64,000 nt of DNA from an uncultured Clostridia bacterium. Lineage in GTDB: Bacteria > Bacillota > Clostridia > Christensenellales > CAG-138. The notes under the pieces were generated by a model. It was not told the DNA's origin. It saw only the letters and a list, made by a program, of their open reading frames with translations, and did no database searches. The stretch covers positions 3,793 through 67,792 of the forward strand of contig CAMVGD010000004.1 in NCBI GenBank assembly GCA_947166925.1, in the 5' to 3' direction. A program made the translations under genes and the position numbers. Of the stretch, positions 37,284 to 46,766 are shown in pieces. The stretch's first letter is position 1. Every line of letters begins with the position of its first letter.

Positions 37284-39113
37284 ATGAGCTATCCGATCCT
37301 GGATACGATCAACGGAATCAAGGACCTGAAAGCGCTGGACGAAAAACAGCTTCCCGCGCTTTGTGAAGAACTGCGCGCGTTTCTGATCGAGCATGTCTCC
37401 AAAACGGGCGGTCATCTTGCGTCCAGTCTCGGCGCAGTCGATCTGATCGTTGCGATGCACTACGTTTTCGACAGCCCGGAGGACAAGCTGATCTTCGACG
37501 TCGGCCATCAGGCGTATGTCCATAAGATCCTGACCGGCAGAAAGGAAGCGTTCGATACGCTTCGGAAGGAGAACGGCATTTCAGGCTTCCCGAAATCTTC
37601 CGAAAGCGAACACGACGTGTTCAATACAGGACATGCAAGCACCGCGATCTCGGCGGCGCTCGGGTTTGCGCGCGCCATGCATCTGAACGGGGATCGTCAT
37701 ATGGCGGTCGCTCTGGTCGGCGACGGCGCCATGACGGGCGGATTGTCGTTTGAAGCGCTTGACGACGCGGGACAGGACAAGCTGCCGCTCCTCATCATCC
37801 TGAACGACAATCAGATGTCGATCTCGAAGAACGTCGGCGGGCTGAAAGACTCTCTGACGTCGATGCGTACGAACCGAACCTACAACGCGTTCAAACGCTT
37901 TCTGACGGGCATACTGGAAACAAGCCGCTTCGGCAAGTTTTTAAGCCGTCATATGGAACATTTCAAGAACCGCGCGAAGCGATTCCTTGCGCCGAATCTG
38001 CCGTTCGAGGAATTCGGGATCCTGTATCTCGGACCGATCGACGGACACGACGTCCGGAAAATCGTCAAATATCTACGCCGCTGCAGGGAACTGAAAAAGC
38101 CGATGATCCTTCACGCAATCACAACAAAGGGAAAAGGGTATCCGTTCGCGGTCGAAAACCCCGAGAAGTTTCATGGCATCGCGCCGTTTGAAGTCATGAC
38201 GGGCAAGGTCAGTCCGGAACGGCAGAAGACCTGCTCGGAGATCTTCGGCGAGACGATGGTGCGGCTTGCGAAGGACAATGAAAAGCTGGTTGCGATCACC
38301 GCGGCGATGCCGAGCGGGACAGGGCTGACGACCTTTGCCGAGCAGTATCCCGATCGGTTCTTTGACGTCGGGATCGCGGAAGCGCATGCGGTCACGATGG
38401 CGGCGGGACTTGCGCGCGGCGGGCTCCGGCCGGTCGTGGCGCTGTATTCCTCTTTTCTGCAGCGTGCGTTCGATTCCCTTCTGCATGACGTATGTCTGCA
38501 AAACCTTCCCGTTGTGATCGCGGTCGATCGCGCCGGATTGGTCGGCGCGGACGGAGAAACGCATCAGGGCGTCTATGATCCGGGATTTCTTTCGGTCATG
38601 CCGAATCTTGCCGTGTATTCGCCCTCCTCGCAAAGCGAGCTGATCGCGATGCTTGAAATGGCCGTTTCGCGAAAGGAACCCTGCGCCGTGCGGTACCCGC
38701 GCGGATCGCTGCCGGACGTTCCGATGAAAACACGGCTGCAATTCGGCGAATGGGAGATCGTCGAACCCCTGCAGAAAACAGTGATCGTTGCGCACGGAAC
38801 GCTGCTTCCGCTTGCCTGCTGGATCGCGAAGAAGAACGGCGTCGGGCTGGTCAATGCACGGTTTTTACAGCCGCTCGATCAGGAAATGATCGCGTACTTC
38901 CGGGACAACGATACGCGTCTTCTTGTGATGGAGGAAAACACGGTTTCACTCGGCGAAAAGCTTGCGCTTGCAGCCAATCCGTGCCGCGTCCGTTCGATCG
39001 CGCTGCCGACCGAACCCGTTCCGCATGCGTCCGTTTCACGTCAGCGTGAACGGTACGGTCTGACGGAGGAAGCGGTCACAAAAGCACTTTCGGAGCTGAT
39101 GGAGGAAGTATGA
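37284..39113 (+). CDS. dxs: 1-deoxy-D-xylulose-5-phosphate synthase
   Basis: 609 aa. GGHLASSLGAVDL, VGDGAMTGG and DVGIAEAHAVTMAAG. Confidence 0.95.
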   Translation: MSYPILDTINGIKDLKALDEKQLPALCEELRAFLIEHVSKTGGHLASSLGAVDLIVAMHYVFDSPEDKLIFDVGHQAYVHKILTGRKEAFDTLRKENGISGFPKSSESEHDVFNTGHASTAISAALGFARAMHLNGDRHMAVALVGDGAMTGGLSFEALDDAGQDKLPLLIILNDNQMSISKNVGGLKDSLTSMRTNRTYNAFKRFLTGILETSRFGKFLSRHMEHFKNRAKRFLAPNLPFEEFGILYLGPIDGHDVRKIVKYLRRCRELKKPMILHAITTKGKGYPFAVENPEKFHGIAPFEVMTGKVSPERQKTCSEIFGETMVRLAKDNEKLVAITAAMPSGTGLTTFAEQYPDRFFDVGIAEAHAVTMAAGLARGGLRPVVALYSSFLQRAFDSLLHDVCLQNLPVVIAVDRAGLVGADGETHQGVYDPGFLSVMPNLAVYSPSSQSELIAMLEMAVSRKEPCAVRYPRGSLPDVPMKTRLQFGEWEIVEPLQKTVIVAHGTLLPLACWIAKKNGVGLVNARFLQPLDQEMIAYFRDNDTRLLVMEENTVSLGEKLALAANPCRVRSIALPTEPVPHASVSRQRERYGLTEEAVTKALSELMEEV

Positions 39114-39931
39114 GCAAGGTACGGCTGGATGTGGAAATGGTCGCACGCGGACTCTGTCCGTCGCGCGAGAAAGCGCGCGCGCTGATCCTTGCCGGCGAGG
39201 TGCGCGTCAACGGCGTGCGCGCCGAGAAAGCGGGGCAGGAGATCCCGGGCGACGCAGAGGTGATCGTGATCGAGGATGCGATCCCGTTTGTCAGCCGCGG
39301 AGGACTGAAGCTCGACAAAGCCGTCAAAACATTCCCGATCGATCTTCACGACAGGGTCTGCGCGGATATCGGCGCATCGACCGGCGGCTTTACGGACGTC
39401 ATGCTGAAAAACGGCGCAAAGCATGTGTATTCCATCGACGTCGGATACGGACAGCTTGACTGGTCTCTGCGCAACGACCCGCGCGTCACGGTCATGGAAC
39501 GGACCAATGCGCGTTTTATGACGGCGGACTGGTTTTCGGAACCCGTTACGTTCGCTTCGATCGACGTTTCCTTTATCTCCCTCCGCCTGATCCTGCCTCC
39601 GCTGTATGAAAGTATGGCGGATACGGGCGAAGTCGTGGCGCTCATCAAGCCGCAGTTTGAAGCGGGGCGCGCAGAGATCGGCAAGAACGGCGTTGTCCGC
39701 GACGCAGCGGTGCATGAGCGCGTCATCCGCGAAATGCTGGCGTTTGCAGACCAGACCGGCTTTACGGTTTCCGGGCTTTCCTTTTCGCCGATCACAGGGC
39801 CGAAAGGAAACATAGAATTCCTTTTATACATGCAAAAAAGCGGTACCAAAAACGACGCAGCATTGCATAAAATCTCGGAATCCATCCCCGATATCGTGAA
39901 AAACAGCCATAAGCTGGGCAAAAACTGTTAA
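39110..39931 (+). CDS. tlyA: TlyA family rRNA (cytidine-2'-O)-methyltransferase
   Basis: S4 domain (RLDVEMVARGL) plus FtsJ-like SAM motif DIGASTGGFTD. Confidence 0.85.
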   Translation: MSKVRLDVEMVARGLCPSREKARALILAGEVRVNGVRAEKAGQEIPGDAEVIVIEDAIPFVSRGGLKLDKAVKTFPIDLHDRVCADIGASTGGFTDVMLKNGAKHVYSIDVGYGQLDWSLRNDPRVTVMERTNARFMTADWFSEPVTFASIDVSFISLRLILPPLYESMADTGEVVALIKPQFEAGRAEIGKNGVVRDAAVHERVIREMLAFADQTGFTVSGLSFSPITGPKGNIEFLLYMQKSGTKNDAALHKISESIPDIVKNSHKLGKNC

Positions 39932-39949
39932 AGTTTATTCATAATTTCC

Positions 39950-39978
39950 TTGCTATTTTCACAGTTCGATTGTATAAT
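39950..39978 (+). promoter_or_regulatory. Sigma-A type promoter for nadK-argR-recN
   Basis: TTGCTA (39950-39955), 17-nt spacer, TGTATAAT with the -10 at 39973-39978. Confidence 0.5.
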
Positions 39979-40012
39979 GATTCTGTAATATTCACAAGTG
40001 GGAGGTTGCGTT

Positions 40013-40798
40013 ATGCACCTTGTTTTTGCGGTGCATACCGGAAAAGCATCGCTTGTGTCGGTTTGTCATCGGCTGATGGATATCGCCGGAACGGCCGGTT
40101 TCTCCTGCTCGCTGCTCGGCGAGGGAGAGATCCCGGACACGAACGATGAGACCGCGATCGTCGCGGTTGGCGGCGACGGGAATTTCATCAGGACTGCGCA
40201 GATCGCGTGCCGCAATGATCTTCCGCTGTTCGGCGTAAACTGCGGACGGATCGGTTTTTTGACGGAATGGACGGAGGAAGGCTTTCCGGAAGCGCTCCGG
40301 ATGCTGCGAGAAGGCGCGTATACGATCCGGGAACGCGCAATGCTTGCGGTCAGTGTAAACGGCGAGCATTTGCGGGATTGCTTCAACGATCTTCTGATCT
40401 ACAAGCATTCGTTCTCCGGCGTGATGCAGATGTCGCTCGCAATCAACGGTCAATGCGCCGGCGATCTGTTCGGAGACGGTCTGATCATCGCGACGGCAAA
40501 CGGAGCGACCGGGTACTCGCTTTCTGCGGGCGGACCGATCGTAGCGGACGGACTTGAACCCATGGTCGTGACGCCGATCTGCGCGCATACGCTGCATTTT
40601 CGTCCGGTCGTCTGTTCGATGGATTCCTGCATCGAAGTCGTAATGGATGCAAAGGGCGTTCTTGCGGCAGACGGTGATCGGTTCCGTTCCGTTTCGCGCG
40701 GAGACCGCATCACGGTCAGACGATCTTCTGAAGTCACGAAACTGATGACGTTCCGTGACCGCAACCTGTTCCGATTGATTTCGGAAAAACTGAATTGA
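40013..40798 (+). CDS. nadK: NAD kinase
   Basis: Start MHLVFAV after GGGAGG. Contains VAVGGDGNFIR, GINCGRIGFL-like (GVNCGRIGFL) and ATANGATGYSLSAGGP. Confidence 0.85.
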   Translation: MHLVFAVHTGKASLVSVCHRLMDIAGTAGFSCSLLGEGEIPDTNDETAIVAVGGDGNFIRTAQIACRNDLPLFGVNCGRIGFLTEWTEEGFPEALRMLREGAYTIRERAMLAVSVNGEHLRDCFNDLLIYKHSFSGVMQMSLAINGQCAGDLFGDGLIIATANGATGYSLSAGGPIVADGLEPMVVTPICAHTLHFRPVVCSMDSCIEVVMDAKGVLAADGDRFRSVSRGDRITVRRSSEVTKLMTFRDRNLFRLISEKLN

Positions 40799-40814
40799 AC
40801 TGAGGTATGGAGTA

Positions 40815-41264
40815 ATGAAACCGAAAAGACATGCAATGATCCTGAAGCTGATCGCTGCGGAAAATATCGAAACACAGGAGGAGCTCGCAACGCTGCTGAG
40901 CGCACAGGGATTCAACGTGACGCAGGCAACTGTTTCGCGCGACATCAAGGAGCTTCGACTGATCAAAGTCCTCACCGGCGAGGGAAAGTATAAATATGCA
41001 ACGGTGGAGAAGGCGGAATCCGACCTTCAGGAGCGTTTCATTCGTCTGTTCGGAAACTGCGTTGTGTCCATCACTTCGGCAGGCAACCTGATCGTCGTCA
41101 AAACGATGGCAGGCAGCGCAGCCGTTGCGGCGGAAGCGATCGATTCCATGAAATGGCCGGAGATCGCGGGATCCATTGCGGGCGACAACACGGTTTTTGT
41201 CGCGGTACGCGAAGGCAAGAGCGTATCCGATATCATTAAGAAATTCCAGAAAATGATGAAGTAA
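40815..41264 (+). CDS. argR: Arginine repressor
   Basis: 149 aa. QEELATLLSAQGFNVTQATVSRDIKEL and GSIAGDNTVFV. Confidence 0.9.
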   Translation: MKPKRHAMILKLIAAENIETQEELATLLSAQGFNVTQATVSRDIKELRLIKVLTGEGKYKYATVEKAESDLQERFIRLFGNCVVSITSAGNLIVVKTMAGSAAVAAEAIDSMKWPEIAGSIAGDNTVFVAVREGKSVSDIIKKFQKMMK

Positions 41265-41275
41265 CGGAGGGCGTT

Positions 41276-42949
41276 GTGCTCACTCGTTTACAAGTTACGA
41301 ATATTGCATTGATAGATAAGTCCGACATTGCTTTCGATGCGGGCTTTTCTGTATTGACCGGCGAAACAGGCGCAGGCAAATCGATCCTGATCGAATCGGT
41401 CGGCTTTGTGCTGGGCGAGCGCGCAAGCCGTGAAAGCATACGAACGGGGGCGGATAAAGCTTCCGTGGAAGCGACCTTCCTGCTTTCGCAGGATTCCCCT
41501 GTACGCGCATATCTAAAGGAGCAGCAGCTGGACTGTGGGGACGAGCTCGTTTTATACCGCGAGCTGTCCGCAAGCGGACGGAATGTCTGCCGCGTCAACG
41601 GTGTGCTGGTCAGCACGGGCGAGCTGAAGGCGGTCGGCGATCTGCTCGTCGATCTGCACGGGCAGCACGCGCATCAGTCCCTGCTGAATCCGGAAACGCA
41701 TCTGCAATTGATCGACGCGTACGCGAAAAGCGACGCCGACGGGCTGAAGACCCGCATGGAGGAAGCAAGACAGGCGGCGCTGCAGGCGGAGCGTGATCTG
41801 AACACCCTGAAAAACGGATTGCGCGAACGGGAACGGAGGATCGACGCGATCCGGTATCAGATGCAGGAGATCGACGCGGTATCTCCGATCGACGGCGAGG
41901 AGGAACAGCTGGAAGCCGATCGTCTGCGCATGCGCAATGCGGAAACGATTGTCGAAGGGCTGAACGCGGCGTATGACGCGCTGTTCGTCGAAGGCGGCGC
42001 TTTGTCGACGCTGACGGACGCGCGGGACGCACTGAACCGGATCGGCGAGTACGATGAAACGTATCGGAAGCTTTCCGAACGTACCGACGAGGCATACTAT
42101 TCGCTGGAGGACGTCGCATATGAATTGCGCGACGGACGCGACGCGTTCCGGTTCGATCCGGACCTTCTCGAACAGACGGAAAGCCGGCTTGCGGCGATTC
42201 AGAACCTGAAACGGAAATACGGCGCAACGATCGCGGAGGTTCTCGCATACCGGGATCAGATCGGGAACGAATACCGCATCCTGAATGACGGGGAGAACCA
42301 GATCGAAGCATTGGAACAAGCATACCGTTCCGCGGTAGAACGCTTCGGAGAACTGGCAAAGACGCTTTCAAAACGGCGCAAAGCCGCAGCGGAGAAGCTT
42401 ATGCGGGAAACGATCGCGGAGCTGAACGGCATGGGCATGCCGCACGCGGCGATGGAAACGGAGTTTACCGCGATTCCGAAGGAGCAGCTTTCGGAGACGG
42501 GCGTAGACGCCGCTGCATTCCTGCTTTCCGCAAACCGCGGCGAGCCGGTCAAGCCGCTGATCAAAATCGCAAGCGGCGGTGAAATGTCCCGGATCATGCT
42601 CGCGATGAAAGCGGCGCTGTCCGACGCCGATCGGATCGAAACGCTGATCTTCGACGAGATCGATACCGGAATATCCGGCATGGTCGCGAACGCGGTTGCC
42701 GAAAAGATGCACGCGCTCGCACGGAAGCATCAGGTGCTCTGCGTGACGCATCTGCCGCAGATCGCCGCCTATGCCGATACGCAATACGTTGCGTACAAGT
42801 ATTCCGATGCGGATAAAACGCACAGCGTAACGCGGAGACTGACGGAGGCCGAACGCCCGAAGGAGATCGCCCGGATCATGGGAAGCGACGAGAACGACGC
42901 CGCTGCGATGGAACACGCAAAGCGCCTTTTGCAGTCGGCAAAGAAATAA
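41276..42949 (+). CDS. recN: DNA repair protein RecN
   Basis: 557 aa with a GTG start after GGAGGG. Walker A is LTGETGAGKS, followed by a coiled coil. Signature ASGGEMSRIMLA and Walker B LIFDEIDTGISG. Confidence 0.95.
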   Translation: MLTRLQVTNIALIDKSDIAFDAGFSVLTGETGAGKSILIESVGFVLGERASRESIRTGADKASVEATFLLSQDSPVRAYLKEQQLDCGDELVLYRELSASGRNVCRVNGVLVSTGELKAVGDLLVDLHGQHAHQSLLNPETHLQLIDAYAKSDADGLKTRMEEARQAALQAERDLNTLKNGLRERERRIDAIRYQMQEIDAVSPIDGEEEQLEADRLRMRNAETIVEGLNAAYDALFVEGGALSTLTDARDALNRIGEYDETYRKLSERTDEAYYSLEDVAYELRDGRDAFRFDPDLLEQTESRLAAIQNLKRKYGATIAEVLAYRDQIGNEYRILNDGENQIEALEQAYRSAVERFGELAKTLSKRRKAAAEKLMRETIAELNGMGMPHAAMETEFTAIPKEQLSETGVDAAAFLLSANRGEPVKPLIKIASGGEMSRIMLAMKAALSDADRIETLIFDEIDTGISGMVANAVAEKMHALARKHQVLCVTHLPQIAAYADTQYVAYKYSDADKTHSVTRRLTEAERPKEIARIMGSDENDAAAMEHAKRLLQSAKK

Positions 42950-42965
42950 AGGACGCTTCATACGA

Positions 42966-42991
42966 AAAGACCTCGGAAAGAGGTCTTTTTT
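42966..42991 (+). terminator. Rho-independent terminator after recN
   Basis: Hairpin AAGACCTC-GGAA-AGAGGTCTT followed by TTTTT. Confidence 0.75.
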
Positions 42992-43039
42992 GTATGCCTT
43001 TCCGAATACGGCGCACGCTAACGGAAAGGAGTTAAGCAA

Positions 43040-44239
43040 ATGAAAAGAGTTTTGAAAATCGTCTGTTCGCTGACCGCGACGCTGCTGCTTGCCTGGTATT
43101 TTTCACCGCAGGTATACCGGATTCTGCATTTGCCGGATGCGATCGATCCCCAAACAGAGCTGACTGCGCCGGCAATCTCGGCGCACGTGCGGGATGCGCG
43201 TCTTGTCAGAGAGAGCGGCGATGAACGGATCACGGACAGATCGGAACGGCAAGCAGACGTCGTTCTGCTCGGATTCCTTCCCCTCAGAACCGTGACCGTT
43301 TCTGCAGGCATCAGGACAGTCAGCGCGGGTGGGAAAGCGGTCGGCGTGGTCCTGAAAACCGAGGGCGTTCAGATCGTCGGTTTTGAAAAAATCGAAAGCG
43401 CAAAAGGGACGGTTTGTCCTGCGGTTTCCGCCGGATTGCGCGAAGGAGACATGATCACGGCGCTGAACGGACAGGCGGTCTGCGATTCCGAAACCTTTGC
43501 GCAGTATTGCGCGGCGTCGGACGACACATGCGTTCTGACGTATCTGCGGGACGGCGAATCGTTTTCCGTAACGCTGGAACCGGCAGAAGACGGGAACGGC
43601 GAAAAACGGATCGGCGCATGGGTGCGCGACAGTACGTCCGGGATCGGCACGATTTCCTTTTATGACCGGGAGACCGGCGTATACGCGGCGCTCGGTCACG
43701 GTGTGACCGACGTGGATACACAGAAGCTGATCGCACCGGCAACGGGATTCTTGACCGACGCTTCGATCCTTCAGGTGCGGAAAAGCGGCGGCGACAGCGC
43801 GGGGGAACTGATCGGTCAGTTTTCCGTCAGAAAAGAGGATGCGATCGGGACGGTTGAACAAAACACGGTATTCGGCATCAGCGGCAGGCTTGCGTCGTGC
43901 CCGGAAACGGACGCTCGTCCCTTTGAGATCGCGTCGTGCAGCGCCGCGCACAAAGGCGACGCATATATCCTGTCCGATGTAGACGGCGAAGTTCGACCGT
44001 ATGCCGTACGCGTGATCCGCGTGGACGTACAGTCCTCACCGCAAGCGCAGGGGATGATGATCGAGATCGCGGATCCGGGGCTTCTCGAAAAGACCGGCGG
44101 CATCGTGCAGGGCATGAGCGGCAGTCCGCTGATACAGGACGGGCGGCTGATCGGGGTCGTGACGCATGTTTTCTTAAGCCGGCCCACCCGCGGCTATTGC
44201 ATTTATGCGGAGTGGATGGCAAACGCGCTGTTCACATAA
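43040..44239 (+). CDS. spoIVB: SpoIVB peptidase (S55, PDZ domain)
   Basis: 399 aa with an N-terminal TM segment and a PDZ domain (GLREGDMITALNGQ). Contains TSGIGTISFYD, ALGHGVTD and GMSGSPLIQDGRLIGVVTHVF (catalytic Ser). Confidence 0.9.
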   Translation: MKRVLKIVCSLTATLLLAWYFSPQVYRILHLPDAIDPQTELTAPAISAHVRDARLVRESGDERITDRSERQADVVLLGFLPLRTVTVSAGIRTVSAGGKAVGVVLKTEGVQIVGFEKIESAKGTVCPAVSAGLREGDMITALNGQAVCDSETFAQYCAASDDTCVLTYLRDGESFSVTLEPAEDGNGEKRIGAWVRDSTSGIGTISFYDRETGVYAALGHGVTDVDTQKLIAPATGFLTDASILQVRKSGGDSAGELIGQFSVRKEDAIGTVEQNTVFGISGRLASCPETDARPFEIASCSAAHKGDAYILSDVDGEVRPYAVRVIRVDVQSSPQAQGMMIEIADPGLLEKTGGIVQGMSGSPLIQDGRLIGVVTHVFLSRPTRGYCIYAEWMANALFT

Positions 44240-44339
44240 TACCGTCCGTCTTCATACGTTTACCGACATACGAAACATAATACCGGTAGATTCTTCCTGT
44301 CATTTCGTTCAGAATAGAGACGAATGAGGGGGAATCCGT

Positions 44340-45068
44340 ATGAGAGTCATGCTGCTGACAGGGGATCGGAAAACAGAGCGTATCTATGTGAATGCGGCGG
44401 AACAGGCCGGAACACTGCGGCTGTGCGCATTCAAAAACGCCGCGCAGGTACTGGAACGGCAGCTTCGCGATCCGTTTGAAGCATTGCTTTCCGACGATCC
44501 TTCGATCCTGCGGCGGATTTCCGAAAGACCTTTCCGATGGCCTGCGCATATCTTTCTGCTCACAAACAAACCGTTCGATGCGATCGCGGCGCCGGAATGC
44601 CTGACGTTTTGCTTTTCCAAAGACAGTGACCCGAAGGACGTTCTGCTGCGGATCGGACAGTTTCCGGCACATCGCAAGCCTGCGATCGATCCGGACGTGC
44701 TGATTTCGGGATTTCTGCAGCGGACGGGCGTTCCGGTTTCTTTGAACGGCTTTGCATATCTTTGGATCGTACTGCGCGTTCTGCTCCCGATACAAAATCC
44801 GCTTGATGCGGGGACGATCAACGACCTTTATGCGATCCTCTCGCTGCTGACGGGGATCAGCGCATCCGTTGCGGAGCATGCGATCCGACACGCGATCGAG
44901 AGCGCATGGATACGAGCAGATCCGTTCACGCTTGAAAAACTGTTCGGATATACGGTCCGACCGGATCGCGGCGCGCCTTCCAATGCCGCGTTTCTGTTCC
45001 GGGCCTTAGATCATATCAAACTGATGAGAGAGAGGGGAAGAAACGATGACACTGGACGAAATGCATGA
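44340..45068 (+). CDS. spo0A: Spo0A-like regulator: Spo0A C-terminal effector domain with an atypical N-terminal receiver-like domain
   Basis: Syntenic position after recN-spoIVB. The C-terminal domain has GVPVSLNGFAYL, SASVAEHAIRHAIESAW and LFGYTV (Spo0A_C hallmarks). The N-terminus has TGD instead of the DD pair; a candidate Asp in LLSDD, T75 and K94 are retained. Confidence 0.7.
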   Translation: MRVMLLTGDRKTERIYVNAAEQAGTLRLCAFKNAAQVLERQLRDPFEALLSDDPSILRRISERPFRWPAHIFLLTNKPFDAIAAPECLTFCFSKDSDPKDVLLRIGQFPAHRKPAIDPDVLISGFLQRTGVPVSLNGFAYLWIVLRVLLPIQNPLDAGTINDLYAILSLLTGISASVAEHAIRHAIESAWIRADPFTLEKLFGYTVRPDRGAPSNAAFLFRALDHIKLMRERGRNDDTGRNA

Positions 45069-45528
45069 GATGGAGGACGATCTTCGCGCAAGGTACAGCG
45101 ATGAGGATGCGCTGCTGGACGCGACGATCAATGCAGTGATGCGCGCATTGTGCGTCCCGGCAAAGCTGCTCGGATACCGGTATATCTTTCTGGCGGTACG
45201 GTTTATCCGCACGCGTCCGCCGCTGCTTCGGAGCACAACAAAAAAGGAACTGTATCCGTATCTCGAACAATGTATGAACACGACCAAACCGATGATCATG
45301 CGGACGATGCATTATGCGATCGAGCGCGCATGGAAGCGCGCCGATCCGGACGTACTGTATTCCTATCTCGGCTTGCGCGGAAAGAATCTGAAGGATCCGC
45401 CGGGCAATATCGAATACGTGTACCTGATTGCGGAACGCGTCCGGATGATCATCGGGGATCCGATGTGGGAGGAGCATTATGAACGCGTTATGGAACGGGC
45501 AAGAAAGATTTATCCGTGGCTAAACTGA
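45046..45528 (+). CDS. Stand-alone Spo0A C-terminal (effector) domain protein, no receiver
   Basis: 160 aa. CVPAKLLGYRYIFLAV, LYPYLEQCMNTTKPMIMRTMHYAIERAW and YSYLG are parallel to Spo0A_C. SD-like GAGAGGGGAAG lies upstream. Overlaps the previous gene by 23 nt. Confidence 0.65.
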   Translation: MTLDEMHEMEDDLRARYSDEDALLDATINAVMRALCVPAKLLGYRYIFLAVRFIRTRPPLLRSTTKKELYPYLEQCMNTTKPMIMRTMHYAIERAWKRADPDVLYSYLGLRGKNLKDPPGNIEYVYLIAERVRMIIGDPMWEEHYERVMERARKIYPWLN

Positions 45529-45558
45529 TTGACGAAACGGTGCAGGATATGCTAAAAT
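45529..45558 (+). promoter_or_regulatory. Sigma-A type promoter for deoB-punA
   Basis: TTGACG (45529-45534), 18-nt spacer, TAAAAT (45553-45558). Confidence 0.5.
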
Positions 45559-45588
45559 AATATAAAATTGAATACGGGAGCATCAAAA

Positions 45589-46764
45589 ATGAAAAAAAGA
45601 GCAATCCTGATCGTTCTTGACAGCGCCGGGATCGGCGCGCTGCCCGACGCCGCGGATTTCGGCGATGTCGGAGCGAATACCATTTGCAACATCTATGAAA
45701 AACGCGGCCGTCTGGACGTGCCGAACATGCGCCGGCTCGGGCTTGCGCACATCGACGGCTGTAGACTGCCGAAAGAGGATGACGAGCTGATCGGAAGCTT
45801 CTGCAAATGCGCAGAGCAGACGCACGCAAAGGACACGACCTGCGGTCATTGGGAGATGGCAGGGCTGGCGCTTGACGAAGCGTTCAAGACTTATCCGAAC
45901 GGATTCCCGAAAGCGTTCATGGACGCGTTTGAACAGCGGATCGGACGCGGTACGCTCGGCAACGTCGTCGCAAGCGGCACGCAGATCATTCAGGAGCTCG
46001 GCGACGAGCATGTGCGCACGGGCAAACCGATCGTTTACACGAGCGCGGACAGCGTGTTCCAGATCGCCGCGCACGAGGAGGTCATTCCGCTTCCGGAGCT
46101 GTACCGCATCTGCGAGATCGCGCGTGAAATGCTGACCGGCGAATATCTGGTCGGCCGCGTGATCGCCAGACCGTTCCTCGGCGGGAACGGGGAATACAAA
46201 CGCACCGAAAACCGCAAGGACTACGCGGTCGCGCCGTTCAAGGATACGATTCTCGACGCACTTGCGGAGCGGGGCATGGACGTCGTCGGGATCGGCAAGA
46301 TCGAGGACATCTTCTGTCACCGCGGCATCACGACCGTCGATCATACCAAGAACAACCCCGACGGCATCCGTGCGACGCAGCGCTTCCTTGACGCGGGAAC
46401 GGGTGATTTCATTTTCACGAACCTCGTCGATACGGATATGCTCTACGGGCACCGGAACGATTGGGAGGGCTACGCGAAAGCGCTCGAATACTTCGACGCA
46501 CATCTCCCCGAAATGTACCTTTCGATGCAGGAGGGCGATATCCTGATGGTCACCGCGGACCACGGCTGCGATCCGACCTTCCCCGGAACGGATCACACGC
46601 GTGAGTACATCCCGCTGCTGATCTGCGGCAAGCATATCCGGCATGGCGTCAACCTCGGCGTCCGGAAGCAGTTCTCGGACATCGGCGCAACGATCTATGA
46701 ATACCTTACCGGCGAAAGCTGGCGGGAAGGCGAATCATTCTTAAAGGATATCTGGGAGGATTGA
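45589..46764 (+). CDS. deoB: Phosphopentomutase
   Basis: Start MKKRAILIVLDSAGIGALPDA. Contains TNLVDTDMLYGHRND and TADHGCDP. Confidence 0.9.
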   Translation: MKKRAILIVLDSAGIGALPDAADFGDVGANTICNIYEKRGRLDVPNMRRLGLAHIDGCRLPKEDDELIGSFCKCAEQTHAKDTTCGHWEMAGLALDEAFKTYPNGFPKAFMDAFEQRIGRGTLGNVVASGTQIIQELGDEHVRTGKPIVYTSADSVFQIAAHEEVIPLPELYRICEIAREMLTGEYLVGRVIARPFLGGNGEYKRTENRKDYAVAPFKDTILDALAERGMDVVGIGKIEDIFCHRGITTVDHTKNNPDGIRATQRFLDAGTGDFIFTNLVDTDMLYGHRNDWEGYAKALEYFDAHLPEMYLSMQEGDILMVTADHGCDPTFPGTDHTREYIPLLICGKHIRHGVNLGVRKQFSDIGATIYEYLTGESWREGESFLKDIWED

Positions 46765-46766
46765 AC

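Noticed and set aside
42992-43039. Forespore (sigma-F/G) promoter upstream of spoIVB (GTATG ... ACGCTAA), and sigma-H/0A-box elements upstream of the spo0A-like gene (44240-44339).
   Set aside because: Only partial matches with non-consensus spacing were found, which is not distinguishable from chance by eye. TSS data or a PWM scan is needed.
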